A model generated the notes under the pieces. The model saw only the letters and a program-made list of their open reading frames with translations, ran no database searches and was not told the DNA's origin. From contig OZ253462.1 in assembly GCA_965261395.1 (NCBI GenBank), forward strand, positions 4,480,001 through 4,544,000: 64,000 nucleotides of DNA. Reading direction: 5' to 3'. The position numbers and the translations under genes were made by a program. The DNA comes from Candidatus Latescibacterota bacterium (GTDB lineage Bacteria > Latescibacterota > UBA2968 > UBA8231). Shown here piece after piece: positions 28,293-37,868 of the stretch (within the stretch, counting starts at the first letter, position 1; every line of letters begins with the position of its first letter).

Positions 28293-31019
28293 TCATACCC
28301 GACGGGCCGCCGTTTCTAGACGACGATATTCTGGAGTCCGAACGAGATTGGGCGCGACTTTTCGCACCTGCTCAAGTGCATCTCCCAGATCATGAGGGAT
28401 TACCGCGTTTTCCGCTGTCCCAATCGTCCGATCCAGAAGGCGTAACAGTGATTCGGCTTTAGCTTCGTCGTCAATCATTGACAGTTTTGGCGTTCTGTCG
28501 CTGTCGCCCGCAGACAGATCATAATCGAGTATTGACCAGCACTCAAACGGTAAGAGGAAACGCTCGATGGTGTTCACGGCTTCGGAGAATTCACCACGAG
28601 CGATTGCTGGAAGCCTAGAGAGGCGCTCGCTGACTCCTGGCGACGCTAGCGAGCGCTCCTGAGGCCAGACCTGTTGTAGGAAAGGCTTGGCGGCTGATTG
28701 GAACAGATGCTCCGGTGACAATGGGTCCGACACTTGATCTCTCTGTTTCGAAAGCTCGCTTATGAAGCGAGTTATCGCTCCCGCACATTCTGCACGTACT
28801 TCGTCGTCCAGTAACCGTATCATTTGCTGAATGCGATCTTGTTCGACCGCAGAATCTCGTCCTTCTCGCAGGGCGTGAAGGGACTCGATCACAAGGCTGA
28901 ACGCAAGCGAACGACGGGTCTCCCGATCAAGAAGACGATCCGTGGCTCGCTCCACCATGTCGTTGCCAATGATTCTCAACACTTCCGTAGATCGTCTTTG
29001 TAAACCGATACAACGCCAGAGGGTGAGTGATTCGTCGTCGTTTGCGCGGAGCGGCTCAATAAGATGCTTTTCCGTCCACCTTTGGTCGGCACGCAAAAAA
29101 TATTCCAGCGGCTCGATCATCAGTTGTTTGGCGATCAAGCCTGAATACCCCGAAGCATTGATCACTTCATTTCTCATTCTTCCCAAGTCGCTAGAGCCAT
29201 CAAATGGCTGAGGATTTTTTTCGAGATTAGGACGAGCAGCTAAAAACACGCCAACGAGCTTTCCCACGGAGGTGTTCAGTCCATAGAAATCGAGGGATTG
29301 GTTGGGCTCGGGATCCGCTAAGACATTAAGGTCAGGTTTTTCGTTGGGTGGCTGCATTGTATTCGTCGCCTCGACAGCTAATGGCCAAGCACGGTGCCAG
29401 ATCACCGACCAATCCAGCACGGCGACAACGTATTCTTCCCAACAACTGAGCCAGTGGGAAATACCTCCGATGGCTTCGGATAGAGTCTCGCTGGGCAACT
29501 TTGCAAGGAGGATAAGGATCCGGCCAGTCTCCGCAGACAAATCGCGTACATGGGTTTCTTGACCTTGATTCTCTGAAGGAGAATGCACCAAACCGAAATT
29601 TTCCCAGACCTTCGGAAAATCCGCTCCGCTATCAGAGGTGGCTTCAATATCCTCCAAGATCCGTACGCAGTTATCTTTTTCTTTCATCCAGTCGGATGCT
29701 CTACCTGCTAGGTCATCATCCCACCCACGGCACGGGGCTGAAAGGGCCTGTTCCAGTGCTTTCAACCGATCAATATCTTCAAGGGAATCCAGTGAGCGAT
29801 CAGGATTCGGCGGCATCCCCTGTGACCGCGGGGATCCCAAGAATCCCTTATCGATTCGGTTCATTTCGGCCAACTCAGGAAACCGGCCAATGTTCGATTC
29901 GAGCCAGATTTTGTCGCGTGGCGGAAGCGTAGCCTCGGCGACCTCAATGCGTTTCAGTTCCCGAACAACCCAGTAGAGGCGGTCTTCCTCAATGCGGTCC
30001 GCTTCCGCATTCTCAGGCCACAAATGGCGGGACGGCCCCCTGAGTATTCTTCTGATGATCGCCCTTTGTGTGGCGTCATCTAATTCGGAGAAGCGCCGGG
30101 CACGTAGTTCGGTAATTTCTGGATGGCGATGTACGTCCCAGAAGACCCTATAATTCAAATGAAGGAGAAAATCACCTACCTCGGTAGCGGGCGTAATCCG
30201 AGAATCACGAGACATAGAGGACCAGAGTCGTAAATGGATAGGAGAATCTGTCCGTTTCCAGCGACTGATAAAAGTAAGCGCGGCGGAGTAGTCGATATCG
30301 ACGAGCCGCACAACAACTGCGTGAAGGAGCTTTACCGATGGTGCAATTCCTTGGCTAAACTCATCAGGCTCGTGCATTTCTTCACCGCGTTCAGACTCGG
30401 ATACGTAATAAACGCGATGCAGGAAGGGATATATTCGTCTCCATCCGATGCGTCGTGCAATGTCCAGCCCACGCACAATCACGGCGTCTAGCGCGTTGGC
30501 TAGAGAAATGAGGAATTCCCCCTCAGTTAATTCTTGCAATTCCAAGGAAGCCGGATCGACAACTTTTCCACTTGTCAGCGTAGCCCAAAACAGATCGTGA
30601 AACGTCTTTGGCCGCTTGGGAAATTTGCGAAATTGGTGTTGCCAACTTTCGTAGGCTTTAATCTCTAGCCTCGGTGCAACGAGATCGACGATAGCCGATA
30701 CAAGTGCTCCAGACCGCTCCCCGGAGCGCAGACGATTCTGAACATCATATACGTCCAGCCGTCCGTAAAAATCGGGAATTGGAGTGTCCCAAAATTCTTC
30801 GATCAGACGCCAAGCTGAACGCCAAGGTTCGCGGAGGTTTATTCCCTCCGATGTGTTTAGCAGATCCAGGATCGCCCATCGCTTGACAATATCACCGCGA
30901 CCAAGACCCAATGCCCATTCGATAGTTTCTTTTTCTTCGAGACGACCTTTGAGAAATGCAACCGTGGAACGCATCGTCGCTTGGTCTTTTGCATTCAAAC
31001 CAAGCTGGAGCAGTCTCAT
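28293..31019 (-). CDS. Large (908 aa) Trp-rich helical partner of SIR2 protein; resembles C-terminal body of DSR1-type sirtuins
   Basis: ATG overlaps SIR2 stop (ATGA); open over 2.7 kb; motifs 'LNTSVGKL', 'YFLRADQRWT..HLI.P', 'FLQQVWP'. Confidence 0.75.
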   Translation of the reverse strand: MRLLQLGLNAKDQATMRSTVAFLKGRLEEKETIEWALGLGRGDIVKRWAILDLLNTSEGINLREPWRSAWRLIEEFWDTPIPDFYGRLDVYDVQNRLRSGERSGALVSAIVDLVAPRLEIKAYESWQHQFRKFPKRPKTFHDLFWATLTSGKVVDPASLELQELTEGEFLISLANALDAVIVRGLDIARRIGWRRIYPFLHRVYYVSESERGEEMHEPDEFSQGIAPSVKLLHAVVVRLVDIDYSAALTFISRWKRTDSPIHLRLWSSMSRDSRITPATEVGDFLLHLNYRVFWDVHRHPEITELRARRFSELDDATQRAIIRRILRGPSRHLWPENAEADRIEEDRLYWVVRELKRIEVAEATLPPRDKIWLESNIGRFPELAEMNRIDKGFLGSPRSQGMPPNPDRSLDSLEDIDRLKALEQALSAPCRGWDDDLAGRASDWMKEKDNCVRILEDIEATSDSGADFPKVWENFGLVHSPSENQGQETHVRDLSAETGRILILLAKLPSETLSEAIGGISHWLSCWEEYVVAVLDWSVIWHRAWPLAVEATNTMQPPNEKPDLNVLADPEPNQSLDFYGLNTSVGKLVGVFLAARPNLEKNPQPFDGSSDLGRMRNEVINASGYSGLIAKQLMIEPLEYFLRADQRWTEKHLIEPLRANDDESLTLWRCIGLQRRSTEVLRIIGNDMVERATDRLLDRETRRSLAFSLVIESLHALREGRDSAVEQDRIQQMIRLLDDEVRAECAGAITRFISELSKQRDQVSDPLSPEHLFQSAAKPFLQQVWPQERSLASPGVSERLSRLPAIARGEFSEAVNTIERFLLPFECWSILDYDLSAGDSDRTPKLSMIDDEAKAESLLRLLDRTIGTAENAVIPHDLGDALEQVRKVAPNLVRTPEYRRLETAARRV

Positions 31020-32263
31020 CGGTGGCCCTCCCGGCTTTCCTCCGACGACACAGCCACGATGGCGTCGAGCCATCCCAAATCCGCTTTGTGCTTGGAAACT
31101 AGCTTAGACAAGCGCTCACGTTCTTTTGTGTCACTTCGGCGGATGAAATGGTCGAATAAATCACGATCTTCATCTCTGGCCTCTGTCCTTTTGCGCTTCA
31201 CAATTTTCTTCAGTTCGCGATCAACGCGGCTTTTATCGCCATTGATCGTAGAGAATTCGGCCCATTTAGCCAGTGTACGCTGAAGCTGGGAGTGGTCGTT
31301 ACCTTGACTCTTATACTGAATCGGCGTGATACCGCGAGCCTTCCAGTCCTCTAATTCTACGGGATTGTCTTCACTCATTCCGACGAATATGAACCGTTTC
31401 TTGAGATCGGAAAAAAGCGACACATCCGCAGCTACAGCATTCAGCAAGTATCTCATCGGAGGATCGTTCGCGCTATAGCCTACGAGGACCAAGTTATACA
31501 AGCGTGCAGCGTCGTAAATCAGATCGGGAACGATCCGCCGGCGTAAATAGAACTCGCCCAAATCTTGATCGGAAATGATCAGATCAGACGTCCTCTTAGG
31601 GTTCCGGTCCAGAGCACCGTGGATGTGCAAGACGCCATTGAATTCTGGATTCGATGGTGGCCTAGGCCTAGGTATGCCTCCAAGTGCGTACGTCTGGACC
31701 GGCGATTTCATTTTTTTTGCGGCGTCTTCAAAGAGGAGATCGAAATTTGTCGTGATGATTGCTACCGCTACATCGCGATCCGCAAGACGCATCAGATTTC
31801 GATGAATTGGAGCCGGTTTCAGTCCAGCGGGACGCAGTATCTTTCCGATCTCCTTCCTGACTGGGCTCCGGGAGTTCTCTCTGCCTTCAAGCCTTCGCTC
31901 AAGCATACCTAGGACGACATCGTACTCGCCTTTTTGGAAACGCTCAACCTCGGCTTTCTGGCTAGCGTTTAATTCTGGAGGATCTTGACCGTTATGTGAA
32001 ATAACGGAATACACCTCCCTGTTCTGTGAGTTATAAATTCGTAATAAAATCCGCTTTTTTGAAATAACGGAATGCACCGTCGGGTCCCGTTCCTCGTACA
32101 CTTTTACGACTAGATCTCGAAAGTCAGGCAATCCTGCATCCCTTGAAACGCCAGCTCCAGCAATGAAGAGAACCTCACCGCGTGCGTGGGCAAGGAGCAG
32201 GCTCTCTGGAATCGGGGCCAAGCCTTGTCCCAATACAATATCTCTGTCTGGTCTTTGAACCAT
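31016..32263 (-). CDS. SIR2-family (sirtuin-like NADase) protein
   Basis: 'FIAGAGVS..AGLP.F', 'ITTNFD', 'LHIHG', 'LVGYSANDP'. Confidence 0.9.
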   Translation of the reverse strand: MVQRPDRDIVLGQGLAPIPESLLLAHARGEVLFIAGAGVSRDAGLPDFRDLVVKVYEERDPTVHSVISKKRILLRIYNSQNREVYSVISHNGQDPPELNASQKAEVERFQKGEYDVVLGMLERRLEGRENSRSPVRKEIGKILRPAGLKPAPIHRNLMRLADRDVAVAIITTNFDLLFEDAAKKMKSPVQTYALGGIPRPRPPSNPEFNGVLHIHGALDRNPKRTSDLIISDQDLGEFYLRRRIVPDLIYDAARLYNLVLVGYSANDPPMRYLLNAVAADVSLFSDLKKRFIFVGMSEDNPVELEDWKARGITPIQYKSQGNDHSQLQRTLAKWAEFSTINGDKSRVDRELKKIVKRKRTEARDEDRDLFDHFIRRSDTKERERLSKLVSKHKADLGWLDAIVAVSSEESREGHR

Positions 32264-32270
32264 GCCAATC

Positions 32271-32528
32271 CTACACCAACTCGCCTAAGACCGCCAAAAA
32301 CCGCTCCACATCGTCGCTATTGTTGTACAAATGCCCCGAGACCCGCACCCGCCCGTATTCTCCCCACACCAGCACCCCCCGATCAGCGAGAGCCTCACAC
32401 AGCCCATGCGCGTCGTCGTCCGCAAAGCAGGTATTGCCCGAGCGCTGCGGTCGCGCACTCGGCGAAATGACCTGCCGTCCGAGACGCGCCAGTCCGGCGC
32501 TGATCTGTTCGGACAAGTCGCGGTTGTG
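32271..32528 (-). repeat. Diverged copy of the last 258 bp of the aminotransferase gene (34196-34453)
   Basis: Direct alignment at offset 1925; 10 mismatches counted by eye, identical translation. Confidence 0.95.
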
Positions 32529-32641
32529 TTGTGATCGGTGGCTGCGATCGCGTCGAGCCTGGCATTCCGGGCGGCCTCGATCCAGCAGCTCCAGTCGGGG
32601 GACTGTTGATCCTGTTCGTTGCCGAAATCTTAAGTGGCCAT
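32529..32641 (-). pseudogene. Short PHP-domain remnant (TrlF/Ppl-like N-terminus)
   Basis: Minus-strand translation 'DFG...WIEAARNARLDAIAATDHN'. Confidence 0.6.
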
Positions 32642-32654
32642 AGCTGGCTTCCGC

Positions 32655-34076
32655 TCATCGAGATTCGGCACTTTGCAAACGCCGCGTGTTCTGGTCAATC
32701 TGATCCAAGGGAGATATCTCGCGTGTCGTGCCGACACCGAGTTCCAAAAACCGACGCGCCTGCGGCAACAGCCGCCCATCGAACGAACCTACGCTGCTGT
32801 TGTAGTGCGACACCGCCGTGTCCAGTGCCTGTCCAACTGCTGCGAGGTGCTTGGCAAATATCGCCAGACGATCGTGTAGGTCCTTACCCAGCCGTCCGAT
32901 CTCATGCGCCTCATCTGCGATACTCCGCTCCTGCCAGCCCATCGCCACGCACTTGAGCAACGCCACCAACGTCGAGTACGTCGCTATCACGACCTGATTC
33001 TCAAGTGCTCGTTCGATCAGTGCCGGTTCGCGTTCGACCGCCGGGGCCAGTGCGAACTCTGGCACGACCATTACCACGAAGTCGGCTGTCTCCGGTAGAT
33101 TGCTCCAATATTCCTTGGATCCCAGATTGTCCGCATACGACCGCATCTGCACGGAGTGACGCTTCAGTTTCTCCTCACGCACATCGTCCGTTTTCGCTTC
33201 ACCCGCTTCTTGCAGTGCCGACAGCACGACCTTTGAGTCGAGGATGATGTCCCGGTCGTGCGACAGATGTACGATGAAGTCCGTGCGACCACCCTTTTGG
33301 TCGCTGTCCTGCGTCGTGTAGTGGATGCCTTTCTGCAACCCGGCGAGTTCGAGTACACGCTCGACTTGCATTTCTCCCCATGCCCCACGCACCTGTGGCT
33401 TCGATAGTGCCGACGATAGACTACGTGCCTCGTTTGCTACTTGGTCGTTAGACCGTACCATCAACTCGATCTGCTCCTTCAGGGAAGCCGCACTTTCCAC
33501 TCGCGACTTGTCCAGAGTGTCGATCTTCTCCGCCAACGGCTTTACCATCTGCTCCACTGCCCTTTCACGCTCTTCAAGCGTCTCCTTCGCCGTGTCCATA
33601 AACGACTTCCGCTGCTCTGCCAAGACCTCCGACGACATTGCCCTAAACTCGGCCGTTGAGTGTTTCACCCACTCGGCTTGTTCCTCTGCCTTCGCGATCG
33701 CATTCTTCAGATCACTCTCTAGGCCAGCCTTTTCGGCATTCAACGACTGGAACTGATCCTGCAATTCCGTTAGCTGCTGATCAACGGCTTCTTTGGCCTG
33801 AGTCATCTTCGTCAGCGATTCTGACTCAGTCTCCAGACGCTGGGATAACTGCGCGTTGGTGATTCGTAGTTGGTCAACCTCGCTAGCTTCTTGCTGTGCG
33901 GATTCGGCTTGCCCCTCTAAGTTCTTCAGATCGCTCTCCAGTCGGGCATTGACTGTGGCGAGTTCTGCCTTTTCGCGATTAGCCGTCGCGTTCGATCGCA
34001 ACGCACTGACGGCAATCAACAGCGCAATTATCGCCAAGAAGGCGACAATGACCAGTGCAATACTCACTCCATCCAT
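32655..34076 (-). CDS. rmuC: DNA recombination protein RmuC
   Basis: N-terminal TM + coiled coil; 'RGAWGE.Q', 'D..V.L', 'DSK', 'L.SKEYW', 'DFVVM', 'STLVALL'. Confidence 0.9.
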   Translation of the reverse strand: MDGVSIALVIVAFLAIIALLIAVSALRSNATANREKAELATVNARLESDLKNLEGQAESAQQEASEVDQLRITNAQLSQRLETESESLTKMTQAKEAVDQQLTELQDQFQSLNAEKAGLESDLKNAIAKAEEQAEWVKHSTAEFRAMSSEVLAEQRKSFMDTAKETLEERERAVEQMVKPLAEKIDTLDKSRVESAASLKEQIELMVRSNDQVANEARSLSSALSKPQVRGAWGEMQVERVLELAGLQKGIHYTTQDSDQKGGRTDFIVHLSHDRDIILDSKVVLSALQEAGEAKTDDVREEKLKRHSVQMRSYADNLGSKEYWSNLPETADFVVMVVPEFALAPAVEREPALIERALENQVVIATYSTLVALLKCVAMGWQERSIADEAHEIGRLGKDLHDRLAIFAKHLAAVGQALDTAVSHYNSSVGSFDGRLLPQARRFLELGVGTTREISPLDQIDQNTRRLQSAESR

Positions 34077-34195
34077 CTCGGTTTACTCCTCTACCTTGCC
34101 TTTGATGTCCACACCGCCGCGTTAATACCGAGCAGCAGAGCGATTTCAATGAATTCTTTACGAGTCATGTTCTCCTCATCCTATGATTCTCCTCC

Positions 34196-35326
34196 CTACA
34201 CCAACTCCCCCAAGACCGCCAAAAACCGCTCCACATCGTCGCTATTGTTGTACAAATGCCCCGAGACCCGCACCCGCCCGTATTCCCCCCACACCAGCAC
34301 CCCCCGATCAGCGAGTGCCTCGCACAGCCCATGCGCGTCGTCGTCCGCAAAACAGGTATTGCCCGAGCGCTGCGGTCGCGCACTCGGCGAAATGACCTGT
34401 CGCCCGAGACGCGCCAGCCCGGCGCTGATTTGTTCGGACAAGTCGCGGTTGTGCTCCTCTATCCGCTCAATCCCCACGTCCAACAGCCGCCCCAAGGCGT
34501 AGTCGAGGTAAAGCACCGCCACCATGGCCGGATTGCCCGGCTCCATTTTATCGGGCATCGGCTTTTCGTCGGCGTCCGGTGCGCGCACAGCCCCTTGCGC
34601 CGGCCACACCGCCAAGTTGCGCCAGCCAAAGGCCGTGGAGCGCACTTGCGCCTCGGCTCGTTGGCTCAGATAACACGGCGCGACCCCGTGAGTCGCCAAC
34701 AGCCACTTGTAACACGAACTGACGCATAAGTCGGTACACGCCGCCGGTACGGCGACCGCGCCTGCGGCATGGGTCGCATCAACCGCCAAGAGCGCGTCGC
34801 GCCCAGCAAGTCCGGCCGCAAGCTGTTCGACATCGAGATTTTGCCCCGTGTAGAAACTGACTTGGCTCACGGCCAAAACTCGAGTGCGCTCATCGACTGC
34901 GGCCAACAGATCTTCCTCCCGCACCAACCAGTCGCGGTGCGGCACTAGCCGCAGCTCGATCCCTTGCCGGCGCACGTTGCGCCAATTGTACGCCACCGAG
35001 GGGAATTCCAAGTTGGTGGTGACCACGTTGTCACCCGGCCGCCAATCCAAGCCCCGCGCCAACCAAGCCATACCCTCAGCCGCCGAGGGCATAAAGGCGA
35101 CTCGCTCAGCCGGAACGCCCCATAGCTGCCCCATGCGCTGGCGGCAGCGGTCGCCACGGGCGTAGATAGCGCGCCGCCCGCGATCGCCGCTGCTTTTGCG
35201 CTGCGCAAATTCCGCGTAGGTCGCATCCTGCCCTTTTAGCCAAGGAGCTTCGCCCCCCGTACAGAGATGAGTCACCGCGTCGAGCCCGACGAAATCCGCG
35301 GGCGGAATGAGGCTTTCGCTTTTCAT
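34196..35326 (-). CDS. Aminotransferase class V (cysteine desulfurase/kynureninase-like)
   Basis: 'EFPS', 'VDATHAAG', 'SCYKWLL', 'RVSGHLYN'. Confidence 0.87.
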   Translation of the reverse strand: MKSESLIPPADFVGLDAVTHLCTGGEAPWLKGQDATYAEFAQRKSSGDRGRRAIYARGDRCRQRMGQLWGVPAERVAFMPSAAEGMAWLARGLDWRPGDNVVTTNLEFPSVAYNWRNVRRQGIELRLVPHRDWLVREEDLLAAVDERTRVLAVSQVSFYTGQNLDVEQLAAGLAGRDALLAVDATHAAGAVAVPAACTDLCVSSCYKWLLATHGVAPCYLSQRAEAQVRSTAFGWRNLAVWPAQGAVRAPDADEKPMPDKMEPGNPAMVAVLYLDYALGRLLDVGIERIEEHNRDLSEQISAGLARLGRQVISPSARPQRSGNTCFADDDAHGLCEALADRGVLVWGEYGRVRVSGHLYNNSDDVERFLAVLGELV

Positions 35327-35334
35327 GGTATGTC

Positions 35335-37338
35335 CTATTCGCTGGTTACAATCCGCATGGCTTCTTCGCGCGCGCTTTGCAGCAAATCTCCGTCGGCGAG
35401 CAAATTCGCCGCCTTAAATGTGGGCATTCCGGCCTGGCGCACGCCGAAGAACTCGCCCGGACCGCGCAGTTGCAAATCCTTTTCCGCGATCTCAAAACCG
35501 TCTTGGGTGTGCTCCATGGTCTGAAGCCGCTCGCGCGAATCCGCCAACTCGGCCCCGGCGTGGGCATAGCTGATGAGGATGCAAAACGACTGCTCGCCAC
35601 CCCGCCCCACGCGGCCGCGCAACTGGTGCAATTGCGCCAAGCCGAAGCGCTCGGCGTGTTCGATGATCATCACCGTGGCATTGGGCACATCCACGCCGAC
35701 CTCAACGACGGTGGTACAGACCAAGACTTGGATCCGGTTTTGCTTAAACTCCTCCATGACCGCGGTCTTTTCTTCGGCCGCCATGCGCCCGTGCAGCAAG
35801 GCCACTGCGAATTCGGCCAACGGACCGTAGCGCAGCTCGTCGTAGGCTTCAACCGCGGATTTGTAATCCGCCTTTTCCGACTCTTCGATCAGCGGATAGA
35901 CCACGTACACTTGCCTTCCTTGGCGCACCTGATCGCCGGCAAACTCGAAGATTGCCTCGCGGCGGTCGCTGCCGCGCAGGGCCGTGCGGATCGGCTTGCG
36001 TCCGGGGGGCAGTTCGTCGATGACCGACACGTCGAGCTCGCCGTACAGAGTCAGAGCCAAGGTTCGCGGGATGGGCGTGGCCGTCATCACGAGCAAATCG
36101 GGCCTCGCGCCTTTCTTGTAGAGCGCGCCGCGCTGCACCACCCCAAAGCGGTGTTGCTCGTCGATGACCGCTAGTCCTAAGCAGGCAAATTGCACCTGCT
36201 CCTGAATCAGCGCGTGGGTGCCCACCGCAATGTGGGCCGTGCCGCTTTCAATGGCCGTCAACAGCTCCTGCCGGAGGGCCTTGCGCTGGCCGCCCTTGAG
36301 GAAAACCACCGTCAGGCCGAGAGGCTCGACGAGTGCCTGGATGGTGAAAAAGTGCTGCTCGGCGAGGATCTCGGTCGGAGCCATCATCGCCGCTTGATAG
36401 CCGTTCTCCACGGCCATCAGTATCGCGCTCAGGCCCACCAGGGTCTTGCCCGAGCCGACGTCTCCCTGGACGAGGCGATTCATAACCTGGGGGCGCTGCA
36501 TCTGCGTGGCGATCTCAGCGACGACCCGGCGCTGGGCGCGCGTGGGGTCAAACGGTAGGGAATCCCACAGAGCCGGCACCAGTTTTTCGCTGGGCGCGAA
36601 GGCAATGCCGTCGGCCTGCTCGCGGTTTTTTTTGCGCCGCCGCGCCAAGCGCAGTTGGAAGGCAAAAAGCTCGCCAAAAGCCAAGCGCTGGCGCGCGCGC
36701 TCCGCTTCGGCAAGGCTAGCGGGAAAATGCACTTGGCGCAGACTAGCGCCTAGCTCTTCGAGGCCCAAGCGCTGCCGCAAGGCCGCGGGCAGATCGTCTT
36801 CGATCCGCTCGGCAAAGGCGTCCAGCGCCCCGCTTACCAAGCGGCGGAATCCCCTGCTGCGCAGACCGCGCTCCTTCAGATCGGCGCTGGTCGTATAGAG
36901 CGGGACGACGACGCCCGTGTGGAGCCGCTCCTCCCCGTGGATGAATTCGTACTCGGGATGGACCATCTGCCGCCGCCCCTGAAAGAGATCAACCTTGCCG
37001 CTTATGGCCAGCTCGTCGTCAACGGTAAAGTTGCGCTGTAAGTAGCGCGCCCCCTGAAAAAAGGTGCAGGTGATATCGTCGGTCGCGTCGGCAACCACCA
37101 TCACGAAGCGGGGCCGCGACCCAGGGATGAAGCGCGTCTGGCGCACTTCGCCGATGAGCGTCACCTCTTGGCCGATTGGCGCGCGGGCCATGGGCAAAAT
37201 TTGCGTGCGATCGAGGTAGCGGCGCGGCAGATAGTACAACAAATCGCCCAGCGTCAGAATCTCTACATCTTTGAGCGCGGACGCGCGTTTGGCTCCTACG
37301 CCTTTGACTTTTTCAATGGGGGTGGTCAGGATTTCCAT
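35335..37338 (-). CDS. recG: ATP-dependent DNA helicase RecG
   Basis: 'QGDVGSGKT', 'DEQHRFG', 'MTATPIPRT', 'QLHQLRGRVGR', 'RGPGEFFG'. Confidence 0.97.
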   Translation of the reverse strand: MEILTTPIEKVKGVGAKRASALKDVEILTLGDLLYYLPRRYLDRTQILPMARAPIGQEVTLIGEVRQTRFIPGSRPRFVMVVADATDDITCTFFQGARYLQRNFTVDDELAISGKVDLFQGRRQMVHPEYEFIHGEERLHTGVVVPLYTTSADLKERGLRSRGFRRLVSGALDAFAERIEDDLPAALRQRLGLEELGASLRQVHFPASLAEAERARQRLAFGELFAFQLRLARRRKKNREQADGIAFAPSEKLVPALWDSLPFDPTRAQRRVVAEIATQMQRPQVMNRLVQGDVGSGKTLVGLSAILMAVENGYQAAMMAPTEILAEQHFFTIQALVEPLGLTVVFLKGGQRKALRQELLTAIESGTAHIAVGTHALIQEQVQFACLGLAVIDEQHRFGVVQRGALYKKGARPDLLVMTATPIPRTLALTLYGELDVSVIDELPPGRKPIRTALRGSDRREAIFEFAGDQVRQGRQVYVVYPLIEESEKADYKSAVEAYDELRYGPLAEFAVALLHGRMAAEEKTAVMEEFKQNRIQVLVCTTVVEVGVDVPNATVMIIEHAERFGLAQLHQLRGRVGRGGEQSFCILISYAHAGAELADSRERLQTMEHTQDGFEIAEKDLQLRGPGEFFGVRQAGMPTFKAANLLADGDLLQSAREEAMRIVTSE

Positions 37339-37394
37339 GGTTGGCCATGCGTTGACGCGCCCGGGCCGCAGCCTATTTTTGTCCGCATATTGCC

Positions 37395-37868
37395 ATGCCC
37401 AGGTCCACTACTTTTGCCCACTATCTAATGGGGCACGCGCCGTTTAAACGCGCGCCCTTCTTCTACGCCTATGCGGGAATGTGGCTCCACCTGCTCGTTG
37501 GCACGGGCCTCTTAGCCCTATCGGGTGCGAGCGATTGGCTGTCGATCTTCGCGGCGCTGGTCGTCGGCTCGCTCTGCGTGGGGCTGGTACTCTACAGTCG
37601 GCTGACGAAGCGGTACGGCCTGCTGATCAACATCGGTGCGTATGCGGCTAGCATCGCCCGCGCGTTCTCGACCGATGCGGTGGTCATTACCTGCTTCATC
37701 GCGGGCCTCATCGCCACCCTCGTTTCCGGCTACAGTATCTTGGCGGCTGAGTATGGCCGCTATCAGCGCGAAGTCTACCGCCAGCCCGCACCGCTCCCTA
37801 GATCCGCGTCCCTCCTACTAGGCGCTGCCATCGTCCTCCTCTGCGCCTATGGCCTCTTAGCAAACTAG
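37395..37868 (+). CDS. Hypothetical integral membrane protein
   Basis: 157-aa ORF with several hydrophobic helices filling the gap between recG and mraY. Confidence 0.6.
   Translation: MPRSTTFAHYLMGHAPFKRAPFFYAYAGMWLHLLVGTGLLALSGASDWLSIFAALVVGSLCVGLVLYSRLTKRYGLLINIGAYAASIARAFSTDAVVITCFIAGLIATLVSGYSILAAEYGRYQREVYRQPAPLPRSASLLLGAAIVLLCAYGLLAN

Noticed and set aside
27429-34076. Prophage or integrative element
   Set aside because: No integrase, tRNA att site, or phage structural genes
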